Source: Eledone cirrhosa
Taxonomy: Eukaryota
Direction of reading: 5' to 3'
Assembly: GCA_964016885.1 (NCBI GenBank)
Contig: OZ024759.1
Coordinates: 29,822,001 to 29,886,000, forward strand
DNA length: 64,000 bases
The translations under genes were made by a program, and so were the position numbers. The notes under the pieces are model-generated. The model was not told the DNA's origin and did not search any database. It saw only the letters and a program-made list of their open reading frames with translations. Shown one piece after another: positions 28,227 to 40,467 of the stretch (position 1 is its first letter; every line of letters begins with the position of its first letter).

Positions 28227-28357
28227 ATATTTAATATAGAAATGGCTTCTATAGGATTAGAACTGTTTAATTCGGGAGAAATCATCAGGGCTTTCCTGAT
28301 GATTTCTCCCGAATGAAACAATTCTAGTCCTGTAGAAGCCATTTCTATATTAAATAT
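28227..28357. repeat. ~130-bp palindrome containing a hammerhead 3' half
   Basis: Arms of about 63 bp around the spacer gcttt. The right arm has CUGAUGA (28296-28302), GAAAC and GUC (28327-28329). Confidence 0.75.
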
Positions 28358-28591
28358 ATATATATATATAGCAATAATAATAAATATTATATTGGCTGGA
28401 ACAGGTAAAAGAGTAAGAGAATAATTTATATATGTATATATATATATATAAATAAGCAAAAGGGATATTTAATTTGTTGGTAATTCAACAAATATATATG
28501 TTTATAACTGATTCGAAGCACTCAACAAGTTTTCTGGAGTATAATATCAATGATATTAAATAAATGGAAACTATATTTATAAAACCATATT

Positions 28592-28652
28592 TATTCTATT
28601 ATATATATTTCAAGGGTACCAACATTTTTGTACGCTCTCATCAAATAAAATA
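28592..28652 (-). ncRNA. Hammerhead family H1 copy 2 (core UUGAUGA)
   Basis: Reverse complement tattttat-ttgatga-gagcgtacaaaaatgttggtaccctt-gaaa-tatata-ta-atagaata. Confidence 0.65.
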
Positions 28653-28740
28653 CAAAAGTTTGTTTTATAAATATTGACATATCCAGGAACTGATAAAGTC
28701 TGGTTTCTTGGGTATATCAACATTTATAAAACAAATTTTG

Positions 28741-28784
28741 TATTTTATCTGATGAGAGCGTACAAAAATTTTGGTATCCTTGAA

Positions 28785-28793
<9 letters not shown>
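28741..28793 (+). ncRNA. Hammerhead family H1 copy 3, truncated at about the cleavage site
   Basis: tattttat-ctgatga-gagcgtacaaaaattttggtatcctt-gaaa-tatata-ta, then (TA)n. Confidence 0.65.
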
Positions 28794-28839
<46 letters not shown>

Positions 28840-28924
28840 GAAAAATTGAACAGGGACAGAACAGAGAGGCAGTACGATAAATGTTTATTAAATTCACGCT
28901 CAGGAGAGTGGGGGGTAGGTGGGG

Positions 28925-28955
28925 GACGACGTTTCGGGCATAAGCCCTTCTTCAG
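28925..28955 (-). ncRNA. Penelope-type hammerhead core in a pLTR-like segment (about 28840-29125)
   Basis: CUGAAGA-A-GGGC(UUAU)GCCC-GAAAC-GUC-GUC with a downstream AATAAA. Stem I pairing is not evident. Confidence 0.55.
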
Positions 28956-29144
28956 GTGAGAGTACAAAAGGTGTGTAGGGGAGTGGTGGAGAGACATATA
29001 GCGAAAGGAAACGGTGCGAATGAAAAATTAACAAATAAAGACAAAAATATAATAAATAATAAATAAAAATAAAGCATGATCAAAATACAAGGAATGAGAA
29101 AATTTAAAAATAAAGGCATGATCAATATATATATATATGAAAAA

Positions 29145-29535
29145 TGGAGGCACATGGCTTAGTGGTTAGCGCATTGGCCTTGCAATCGAAAAGTTGTGAG
29201 TTCAATTCTCAGACCGGGTGATCATTCTACTGCAAAGTGGTCGTGGAGGTGCCACGGCAAAAAAGCACCCAGCCCACACTGTAAAGTGGTCGTGGAGGTG
29301 CCACGGCAAAAAAGCATCCAGCCCACACTGTAAAGTGGTCGTGGAGGTGCCACGGCAAAAAAGCACCCAGCCCACACTGTAAAGTGGTCGTGGAGGTGCC
29401 ACGGCAAAAAAGCACCCAGCCCACACTGTAAAGTGGTCGTGGAGGTGCCACGGCAAAAAAGCACCCAGCACTCACTGTAAATGAGGTTGGTGTTAGGAAG
29501 GGCATCCAGCTGTAGAAATCAAGCCAGAATCAGGT
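29145..29535 (+). mobile_element. SINE B copy lacking the CORE-like centre, with a 49-bp x5 internal tandem amplification
   Basis: Head ggaggcacatggcttagtgg; unit aaagtggtcgtggaggtgccacggcaaaaaagcacccagcccacactgt, period 49. Confidence 0.85.
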
Positions 29536-29671
29536 AAAAGAGTATATATATATAATTCTTTTACGTGTTCCAGCCATCCGGTTGAGGCTGCGCTGGGTAA
29601 CCACCCTATATATATATATATATATATATATACGATATTAATAAATGGAAACTATATTATAAAACCATATT

Positions 29672-29736
29672 TATTTCATTATACATATTTCAGGGATACC
29701 ACATTAAATTATGGTATGCCTTCATCAGACAAAATA
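29672..29736 (-). ncRNA. Hammerhead family H1 copy 4 (diverged, with compensatory changes)
   Basis: UAUUUUGU-CUGAUGA-AGGcAUACCAUA..UGUGGUAUcCCU-GAAA-UAUGUA-UA-AUGAAAUA. Confidence 0.8.
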
Positions 29737-29998
29737 CAATATATAACAGTTTTACAAAAATTTGTCGCGTGCTTTATGTCGGTTATAAATATATTTACTT
29801 GTTGTATCCCAACAACTTTAAATAGAACTTTTGCATATATATATATATATATATATAACTTTGCTTCTCTTCTTGTTCTTGCTCATGATCCCAAAGCATT
29901 GTCGTGCGTGGAGCCAGGAAAAGCGGATGTAAAATGATGATGATATATATATATATATATGAGCCTTCTGGCTTAAGACAGACTTTAGACTTAGATAT

Positions 29999-30092
29999 AT
30001 ATTTATTAAAATAACAGATTAAAGTTTAAGCAAAGAATCTGATAAGGTCTGGTTTCTTTGCTTAAACTTTAATCTGTTATTTTAATAAATAT
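29999..30092. repeat. Perfect 39-bp inverted repeat with a 16-nt spacer
   Basis: atatttattaaaataacagattaaagtttaagcaaagaa and its reverse complement. Confidence 0.9.
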
Positions 30093-30178
30093 TTGCTCTA
30101 CGGTTCTTATATATTTGATATATATTTATCCTTATCGAGCCCTCTTTGGATTTTAGTCTTCAAATTTATTATTATTAC

Positions 30179-30209
<31 letters not shown>

Positions 30210-30999
30210 CCGATATAAAAGACACAGAAGCGAAAACCAACCAAACAGTGAGTGTGTTCTGTTATTAATTCTGGCAATATTACACAAATATGACCCTCAC
30301 CAAGTATAACAATATATATATATATATATGGATCAACTTATATGTTACAGATCCATCCATATATATATATATAATGTACGTATTTGTAACAGGAAAATGT
30401 ACACAGTCCATGGTAAAATTCACTTTAAAAAAAGAGGTCAGTGGATATATGTAAATTTCTGAGATTCTATCACCACACATAAAGAGAGAGGAGTAGTGTG
30501 ATTACCTCATAGTAGTCCTCTCTCTTTGCATGAATGTATGTCTGTGAGTGTGTCTGTGTTTGCATGTTTGCATGTTTACATTTATATACTCATACATATA
30601 AATGTATGTATATGCATATATGCACATATATACACATATGCGTCAGCGTATGGAAAACATTTCTAGTCTGTAATAAAACTACAGGTTCAGGATGTATATT
30701 ATCTGGTCAATAATTGTTTCTACTTTTGGCACAAGGCCAGCAATTACCCCAGTGTATTACTGCTACTTTATTTTATCGACCCCGTAAGGATGAAAGGCAA
30801 AGTTAACCTCAACGGAATATGAATTCAGAATTGTCTGGTCAATAATACTGTGACAACATGGCTATCAATAATTTTTTGTTGAATAAAAGTGGCAGACATT
30901 GTTTTAGATGAATTGAAATGTAAGGTCTTCTTTACCTGTTGTATATTTAAAATTTAAAATAATATCTTTGTTGAATGCAAATGACTACTTAGTCTCTGA

Positions 31000-31890
31000 G
31001 GAAGGTCAGGGGTGACATCGAAATGTCTGAAGAGATGAAGTAGATCGGAGGAGATAAGGAAAGTGAGAGGTGGTGCTGAATCTTGGAGGTGATGAGGAAG
31101 ATCGGAGCTGATGAGGATGGTCGGAGGTGATGAGGAAGGTCAGAGGTGATGAGGAAGGTCAGAGGTGATGAGGAAGGTCGGAGGTGATGAGGAAGGTCGG
31201 AGGTGAGGAGGATGGTCGGAGGTGATGAGGAAGGTCAGAGGTGATGAGGAAGGTCGGAGGTGATGAGGAAGGTCGGAGGTGAGGAGGAAGGTCAGAGGTG
31301 ATGAGGAAGGTCGGAGGTGATGAGGAAGGTCGGAGGTGAGGAGGAAGGTCGGAGCTGATGAGGATGGTCGGAGGTGATGAGGAAGGTCAGAGGTGAGGAG
31401 GAAGGTCAGAGGTGAGGAGGAAGGTCAGAGGTGAGGAGGAAGGTCAGAGGTGATGAGGAAGGTAAAAAATGATGCTGAATCTCGGAGGTGATGAAGAAGA
31501 TTGAAGGTGATGAGGAAGGAAGGAGGTGATGCTGAATTTTGGAGGTGATGCGGAAGGTTGAAAGTGATGCTGAACCTCGGAGGAGATGAGGAAGGGCGGA
31601 GGTGATAAGGAAGGTCGGAGGTGATGAGGAAGGTCGGAGGTGATGAGGAAGGTCAGAGGTGATGAGGAAGGTCGGAGGTGATGAGGAAGGTCAGAGGTGA
31701 TGAGGAAGGTCAGAGGTGATGAGGAAGGTCAGAGGTGATGAGGAAGGTCGGAGGTGATGAGGAAGATCGGAGGTGATGAGGAAGATCGGAGGTGACGCTG
31801 AATCTCAAAGGTGATGCTGAATCTTGGAGGACATGAGGGAGGTTGCAGGTGATGTTGAATGTCGGAGGTGATATGGAAGGTCAGAGGAGA
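31000..31890. repeat. 19-bp purine-rich minisatellite ggaggtgatgaggaaggtc
   Basis: Directly visible, with degenerate flanking units. Confidence 0.9.
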
Positions 31891-32235
31891 CGCTGCATCT
31901 CGAAGGAGACGAGAAAATAGAGACCAAATAAACCCCAAAAATCAAAACAAAACCCAAACCTGTGGTGTAACCACTTTGCTTCTATTTCACAATGAGGCTA
32001 AAACTAGAGTATTTATCAGGAAAAAAGTCTTCTTTTATAGGTTTCAGTCATTAAACAGCGACAATGCTGGAGCGCTACCTTGGAAGTTTTTAGTTGAACA
32101 TATCTTATTTTTTATATCAAGACAGCATGTGTGGGTGCATGTACAATATATGTGTGTGTGTGTGTCTGTGTATGTATATATATATATAAAGTGGTACCAA
32201 ATCAATTAGTGGAATGAAAAGAGATATGAAGAAAG

Positions 32236-32332
<97 letters not shown>

Positions 32333-32984
32333 TAAGATAGAAAGATAGATAAAGAGGGGTGGAATAAGAAAGTTTATATCATGAAATAATGGATGAAAAA
32401 TAAAACAAGGAGTGAAGAGTGGAGAACATAGACATGGAGACAAGAAAAATAAAACAAACGAAACGAGAAATAAAAAAATGAAATAGTTTAAATAAATGAA
32501 TAAATAAATAAATAAAGGAAAATGTTAAAGAAAAGGAGAGAGGAAAAAGTAGAGAAAAGGAGAAAAGGTAGGAAAATTCGAGAGAGAAAACTAAGGTGAT
32601 GTAAGTGAAGTTAGTGAAATGTTATACAGAATCAATGCTTTTGGTAAAAAAAAAAAAATAAAAATAAAATAAAAAAAGGAAACAAAGAAAAAAAAATGTT
32701 AAAAAATATGTAGATATATATAAATATACATATATATAAAAATAAAATAATTTAAATTGAATTCCATTCGTTTTGGTGGAGTGCTTTAAATGTGCTTGAA
32801 GCTTTACTCTAAAATTCTTCATCAACGACAATTGTTACCATCTACAAAAGATAGAACCCTGTAGAGAGATAGCTAAAGATATAGATGTAGCATGGATGAC
32901 AACAGAATGGAATGGATTGGATTGGACCTCAGTTGCTTGCGACGATGACTATTTTATTTTTGTTTTCAATCAACATAAAACAGA

Positions 32985-33388
32985 AAGCAATCGCTGGACA
33001 GATTTTATGGGCAAGAGCCGCTAATTCTCAAAATTGAGAGATCACAGATCTGATATTATAGACATGTAGTTTAGAATGTATCTGGAAAAGAATTGCTGGA
33101 CAGAATTGAGAGATTACAGATCTGATATTATAGACATGTAGTTTAGAATGTATCTGGAAAAGAATTGCTGGACAGAATTGAGAGATTACAGATCTGATAT
33201 TATAGACATGTAGTTTAGAATGTATCTGGAAAAGAATTGCTGGACAGAATTGAGAGATTACAGATCTGATATTATAGACATGTAGTTAGAATGTCTCAGA
33301 AAGAATCACCGGAAAGATTTTACGCGCAAAACCAACAGGTAGGAGACGCAGGGGTAGACCCTGAGCAAGATGGTTGGATAACATCCAT
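32985..33388 (+). mobile_element. RTE LINE 3' fragment with a 72-bp x~4 tandem amplification
   Basis: gacatgtagt recurs at 33061, 33133, 33205 and 33277. Same family as 53280-55835 and 45372-45600. Confidence 0.8.
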
Positions 33389-33788
33389 ATATATATATAT
33401 ATACAAACAGACACATACACACACATATATATATACACACACATATATATATATTTCGTTTTTAAAAACCAAGTTATTATTGAAAACAATGTATTTATCA
33501 GTAAAGATAACAAACCAATAAAACCAATAGATAGATAAGTTCAATATTGTCAGAATATATGGGTTGGATAGGTAAACTATGGCCATATGAGAAGAAACTG
33601 TATTAAATAATCTTTATTGACTGTATGGCCCTACACCACACCCACATACATACATACTACCAAAATTAGGTTAAAGATGCCATGTCTGAGAATATCAGAA
33701 TCAAAAGCATATGCCATATCACCTGTGTGTTTACACTCTTTACAAATTATTCCATGTAATTGTTTGATGTGTTTATTTTATATATATA

Positions 33789-34180
33789 TGGAGGCACATG
33801 GCTTAGTGGTTAGAGCATTGGCGTTGCAATCGAAAGGTTGTGAGTTCAATTCTCAGACCGGGTGATGTGTTATTTCCTTGAGCAAGACACTTTATGTCAT
33901 ATTGCTCCAGTTTACTCACCTGAAGAAATGAGATGATAGGGACTGGGGTCCATATCATTCCACTGCAAAGTGGTCGTTGGGGTGCCACGGCAAAAAAGCA
34001 CCCAGTACTCACTGTAAAGTGGACGTGTAGGCGCCAGGGAAAAAAAGCACCCAGCACTCACTGTAAATGAGGTTGGTGTTAGGAAGGGCATCCAGCTGTA
34101 GAAATCAAGCCAGAATCAGTTCCCATCCCACCCTTGCAAGCAGGGAAAAGTGGACGTAAAAAGATGATGATGATGATGAT
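33789..34180 (+). mobile_element. Full-length SINE B (other copies at 40740-41081 -, 47305-47650 +; related subfamily at 45028-45286 -)
   Basis: A and B boxes, CORE-like centre, RTE tail ending ggacgtaaaaagatgatgatg. Confidence 0.85.
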
Positions 34181-34214
34181 GTCATTCCACTTTTAATTTA
34201 ATATACATACATAT

Positions 34215-34590
34215 ATCTATGTAGGGCGGGTAAAATTCCCGAGATCCATAGACGAGTTCTCTCCAGCAGTCTCTGTCCCTCATTATTGCTGCCATGTCCT
34301 GCGTCTCCAATAGACCAGTGTCTGTCCTTAGGGCATCAACATATGTTAACCTCGGTCTGCCTCTTCCAGTGTGTCCATGCAGGGGCTCCCACAGGACCAC
34401 TGAGTGCAGTATCAACTTTGGATGTTGGTGAGCATGTCCAGCTAACCTCAGTCTCCTCTGTGTCACTTTTGAGCTGACTTTTGGGAGGCTCCCGTACAGC
34501 TCTGAGTTTTTCATCCTCAGTGTATACTGATTAATGTTCAGAGCCATCCTCAGCATTCTCGTGTAGCACCCATCCACCATCTGAGCCACA
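34215..34590 (-). mobile_element. RTE-clade LINE 3' fragment (second short copy at 56360-56512 +)
   Basis: VDGCYTRMLRMALNI...RRLRLAGH...LWEP..GRGRPRLTYVD...DRDCWRELV. Confidence 0.85.
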
Positions 34591-35594
34591 TACATATAAA
34601 TATATATACATATATATATATATATAGTGTACTCCCAGCATTTTTGGTCAACCATTGTTTGTGGAAACCACTGCATATTTGCGGAAATGTAAATATCTTC
34701 TGTGATTTTTTTAGGGCTTTTTTCTTGGCAATATATATTTTTTCACGTTTTTTAACGCTTAATTATCAATAACAATATAGACATACATACACATATAGAC
34801 ATACATACACACACACAGATACATACAGACACACACTTTCGTCTAAATACATTGCCTAACAAAATATCGAACAAGCAGACATGAAATTATCAAAACTAAA
34901 ACAAAGCAGAGAGGTACATGAAGTACAAATTAGTACAACAACAACAGTAACAACAACTGCAACAGTAACAACAACAACAGTAACAACTGCAACAACAACA
35001 ATAACAGTAACAGCAACTGTAACAACAGCAACAAATATATAACCAAGAAAGAAAAAATAACAACAAAAAGAAAAGCAAAGCAAAGCGAATAGCACGCCCC
35101 ACCCCAACCCCCCCTAAAATTAGCAAACAAACAAATTCCCCAAAATTGCCAATAATAATAATAATAAAATAATTTAGAAATCAATAAAAAAGTTCCCCAT
35201 CACAACCATCTCTTCTATCACCATCATCATCACCACCACCACCACCTCCACCATGATCACCCCCACCATCATCATCATCATCATCACCATTTAAAACAAC
35301 ACATAGTAACTGTGTTAATAATATAAAGGAAAGAAAAAAAGAAAAACAAAATCAGAAAAGAAATAAAAATAAAAATAAAAATCAATCGCTTTGGTAATGA
35401 ATTAGGGAAATAATCGATTTTGTTATTTTACTATTGTATTATTAAATTAATGAACATTCTCAGATAATAAAATTATATATTTTTACATCTTATATTCTAT
35501 ATATATATATATATATGAACTTTGTTGGTTTCTTTTGTTAGGTTTGTTTGTTTCTTAGTTTGTTTTCTTAGTTTGTTTCCCCAACAACTAGATA

Positions 35595-35646
<52 letters not shown>

Positions 35647-35705
35647 TGCATATGTATATATTGCTATATACGCGTGTGTGTCTGTACACACACACATATA
35701 TATAT

Positions 35706-35772
<67 letters not shown>

Positions 35773-36336
35773 CATATATATATATATGTATATACATATA
35801 TAAATATATATATATATACATATATAAATATATATGTATATGTATATAAAAGCCGACCTTACCCAATTACACCTCTCAAAGACAATGACACACGACCGTG
35901 ACTTCTGGCGTCACGCAGTAATACAGAGTACCCGACCTCCCATGGGTACATGCTGAAGCATATAAACAATATGCCCCCACACCCCCCACCGCAAGGTGGT
36001 CGTGGAGGTGCCACAGCAAAAAAGCACCCAGCCCACACTGTAAAGTGGACGTGTAGGCGCCACGAAAAAGCACCCAGCACTCACTGTAAATGAGGTTGGT
36101 GTTAGGAAGGGCATCCAGCTGTAGAAATCAAGCCAGATCAGTTCCTGTATGAGCAAGGCATGGTCAGCCGACCAGACACTGCACACAACAGGACAACCCG
36201 TCTAACCCATGCTAGCGTGGAAGAACGGACGTAAAACGGTGATGATGATGATATATATATATACATATATATATATATACATATATACATATACATATAT
36301 ACATATATATAAATATATATACATATATACATATAC

Positions 36337-36400
<64 letters not shown>

Positions 36401-36434
36401 GCATATATATATATATATGCATATATATATATGC

Positions 36435-36506
<72 letters not shown>

Positions 36507-36720
36507 TTGCGAGGATTTTGATATGCAATCATGTGTCGAAACAAATATTGTTATACTTGGGGAGGGTCATATTTGTGTAATAATATTGCCAGAATTAATA
36601 ACAGAACTCACTCATATATATACACACATATATATATATATATACACACATATATGACCCATGCTAGCGTGTAAAACGGACGTTAAACGAAGATGATGAT
36701 GGTGGTATATACATATATAT

Positions 36721-36752
<32 letters not shown>

Positions 36753-36774
36753 CATCATCATCATCATCATCACC

Positions 36775-36864
<90 letters not shown>

Positions 36865-36897
36865 CACACACATATATATATATATATACACACACAC

Positions 36898-36960
<63 letters not shown>

Positions 36961-37224
36961 TATATATATACACACACATATATATATATATATAATATAA
37001 ATTTCTGCATTTTTAAACTATAATCCTACAGAGTAATAAAAATTAATTATTGAAAGTACAAAGCTTTATTGCAATATTGTGTAAGTTGCATATTAAGAAA
37101 TGATTGAGATACTTAGCATGTAAAACACTAAGTAAATTATTGGTTTCTTTCAAAATACTGATTGTGCTTGACTAGACACAAACGAAGCATTTTTAGAGCA
37201 ATGCTACTTATGTCGAGTCTATTA

Positions 37225-38030
37225 TGAGGATAGATTGAGAAGTTCCTTGTATGACTAAGTAAGAATGATGCTAGAACTGTGAAATCTTGCATGCAAGAAT
37301 TTCAACACTTCATCGTCATCATCATTTTACGTCCGCTTTTCCCTGCTTGCAAGGGTCGGACGGGTCTTATTGTCACGGTCCTTTGTCATCTCCTCCATGA
37401 GCTTCAGCGATCTGAGGTCTGCTCTCGCCACCTCTGCCCATGTTTTTCGTGGTCTTCCTCGGCTGCGTCTTCCTTCTACTGGGATTTCTTGGCACTTCTT
37501 TACCCAGCGGTCATCCTCCATGCGCCTCACATGTCCATACCATCGCAGTCTTCTCTCCTGCACATTACAGCCTATCCCTCTTATACACAGTTTCATCTCA
37601 ATAATAACTGCATTGTTTCTTTCATGAAACTGTGTTGGAAAATATACCTCATTTGGTCATTCCATGAGAGTATCTTGGTCATAGGCTGATTATGAAAGAA
37701 TGATGTTAGAGCTGTGATAACTTGCATGCATTAAATTCAACTGTTCTTAATAATTGTTTCTACTTTAGGCACAAGGCCAGCAATTACCCAGTGCATTACT
37801 GGTACTTTATTTTATCGACCCCGTAAGGATGAAAGGCAAAGTCAACCTCGGCAGGATTTGAACTCAGATCGTAAAGGGACGTAACTATGCTGGAAAGCAT
37901 GGCATCCGACCCTCTACCGATACTGCCAAACTGCATTGTTTCTTTCCAGGGACTATGTTGAAAAATAAACCTCATTTGGTCATTCCATGAGAGTCTCTTG
38001 GTCAGCCCTTGAACTTTCAGCAGACCCTTG
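37225..38030. mobile_element. Old TA-flanked mariner-type MITE with nested RTE 3' end (37310-37590 -) and SINE A (37750-37930 -)
   Basis: Degenerate TIRs ta|tgaggatagattgagaagttcc and gaactttcagcagacccttg|ta; related 5' fragment at 56085-56160. The nested RTE encodes RRLRWYGHVRRMEDDRWVKKC..GRPRKTW. Confidence 0.55.
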
Positions 38031-38194
38031 TATATTACAGTTAAGGCAGTGAATTGTCATTAGAACATCAGATAGAATGCTTTGCAGTAATTATTTGGGT
38101 TGTCTGCTTTATGAGTTCCAATCCCGCTGAAGTCAACTTTGTCTTTCATCCTTTTGAGGTCAATAAAAAAGTAGCAGTCTAGTACTGGCGTGGA

Positions 38195-38910
38195 TTCTTT
38201 CTCTATATCTCATTCTCACCTCCTTCCTCTCTCACTTTCTATCCTTCTCTGGAAGAAATCTGTTGTATTGAGGCCAGGGAGAGGAAACGGCCTCTGCAAG
38301 GTTAAAAAAGGTCAAAGAAACGCCATATATCAATATGGCACCCCCTACAACACTATCAAGAGTTATAGAACCAAACCATACCATTGTATATCTTTCTCAC
38401 TTTCATTCCCTCACTCTCTCTCTATCCTTCTCTGGAAGAAATCTGCTATGTTCAGATCTGGAGAGAGATGGGTTCTGTCAGCCTTTAAAAAAAATGCCCA
38501 AAATATGCTGTATGACAATATGGCACCACTACGACTCCCTCAGGAGTTACGGGACCATACCATACCATAGATATCTTTCTCATTTCTATTCTCTCACTCC
38601 CTCTATCCTTCTCTGGAAGAAATCTGCTGTATTCAGACCTGGAGAGGAGATTGTCTCTGCCAGGCATAAAAAAAAAATGCCCAAAATATGCCATATGCCA
38701 CTATGGCACCCCTACAACTCCATCAGAAGTTACGGGAGCAAACGATACAATAGATATCTTTCTCCCTTTCATTCTCTCACTCTCTCTATCTTTCTCTGGA
38801 AGAAATCTGCTGTTTTCAGGCCTGAAGAGGAGATGGGGTTTGCTAGGTTTAAAAAAATGCCCTAGAAACACTGCAAGTCGATCCAGCACTCCTACAACTT
38901 CTGAGGAGCA
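38195..38910 (+). repeat. Four diverged ~182-bp tandem units of an interspersed repeat
   Basis: ggaagaaatc at 38251, 38434, 38615 and 38798. Monomers in the opposite orientation at 3846-4200 and 48525-48595. Confidence 0.8.
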
Positions 38911-40359
38911 TTCATACATATTAAGGTTACATGTGTTGTTGAATTATCATAATTTCTGACGACCAGTGCTCAATTTTATTCAATCAACAGATTAAATCAA
39001 TCTACTGCTGGTAATTGAACTCATGGTGTTACAATCATGAGCTGAATTCCCTAACCACAAAGCCACAAGTATTCACACAAACAACAAATATAAATGAAAG
39101 GAAAGAAAAGAAAAAGAAAATGCTTCTGCTTTTGTCAGGTTAAGTGAAAAGATATCGACTTGAAGGAGAGCAAATCAGTGTGATGTTAAGACTTAAGGGA
39201 TAGTGAGTTATTTATAAAGGGGTGGTGGGGTTGGGGTGGAGTATGGTAGGGTTGGGGTGGAGTGTGGTGGGGTGGGGTGGGGTGGGGGTGGAGGTAAATA
39301 CAAGGAACAGTCACGTGGCAGTGCCTTTTCTTTTCTTATCTAAACCAATCCTTTAACAATCATGAAGAATTGGAGTTGATAAGAAGAAAAACCAAAGACA
39401 TTGGATTGATGAGGAACTTAGTTTAAGTGACTAGTGTGAGTATGGTGATTGTAGTGGTCGGGGTGAGTGTTGTGGCTGTAGTGGCTGTGGTGAGTGTTGT
39501 GGTTGTAGTGGCTGTGGGGAGTGTTGTGGCTGTAGTGGCTGTGGTGAGTGTTGTGGTTGTAGTGGCTGTGGGGAGTGTTGTGGTTGTAGTGGCTGTGGTG
39601 AGTGTTGTGGTTGTAGTGGCTGTGGGGAGTGTTGTTGTGGTTTTGGGAGAGGGGGAGTGAGCGGGGGGGGAAGAGGAGGAGAGGGGGAGAGAAAGAAAAA
39701 AGAAAGTGAGAGAAAGAGAAAGAAAGAGGGAAAGAGAGAAAGAAATATATATATATATATATATATATGAAAGAGTGAGCAGGAGAGAGAGAGAGAGAGG
39801 GGGGTGTTGAGAGAGAGGAGAGAGAAAGAAAAAAGAAAGAGAGATAAAGAGAAAGAAAGAGGGTGGGAAAGATATATATATATATATATTAGGGAGAGAG
39901 CGAGAGAAAGACAGAGAGAAAACATGAGAGAACGGAAGATAGATAGAGAGCGAGAGAGAGAGAGAGAGAGAAGGAGAGGGAGAGAGAGAAGACAATATAT
40001 AGACCAGGTAAAACAAATCAATAGCAATGTATCATGCTAGAGATGATAATCTTGTTTGACAGAATATTTTGATTCTGCCTAAGCTGGTGGAATTGCTAGG
40101 ACATAATTGCAAAGTACTTATATGGGATATTTCTTGTCAATTATATATACAAACAACAACAGCAACAGCAGCAGCAGCAGCAGCACTACTACAATGTATG
40201 ATGATGATCATTTTGAAGGGAAGGTGAAAGTGGATTAAATCGACCCGAGTGCATTACTGGTATCTTATTTTATCAACCCCCATAAGGATGAAAGGCAAAG
40301 CTAATCTCAATGGGATTTGAACTCAGGCCACATATATATATACATACAAATATTGATGA

Positions 40360-40390
<31 letters not shown>

Positions 40391-40467
40391 ACAAAGGAAA
40401 TGTGGTAAGGAAACAGATGGACCATAACGCACCAAAGTACTCAATACTTAGGGTAGTAGAGTGGGTA

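Noticed and set aside
33789-33865. tRNA-like sequences with A and B boxes
   Set aside because: They continue into SINE bodies and lack a full cloverleaf, so they are SINE heads rather than tRNA genes.
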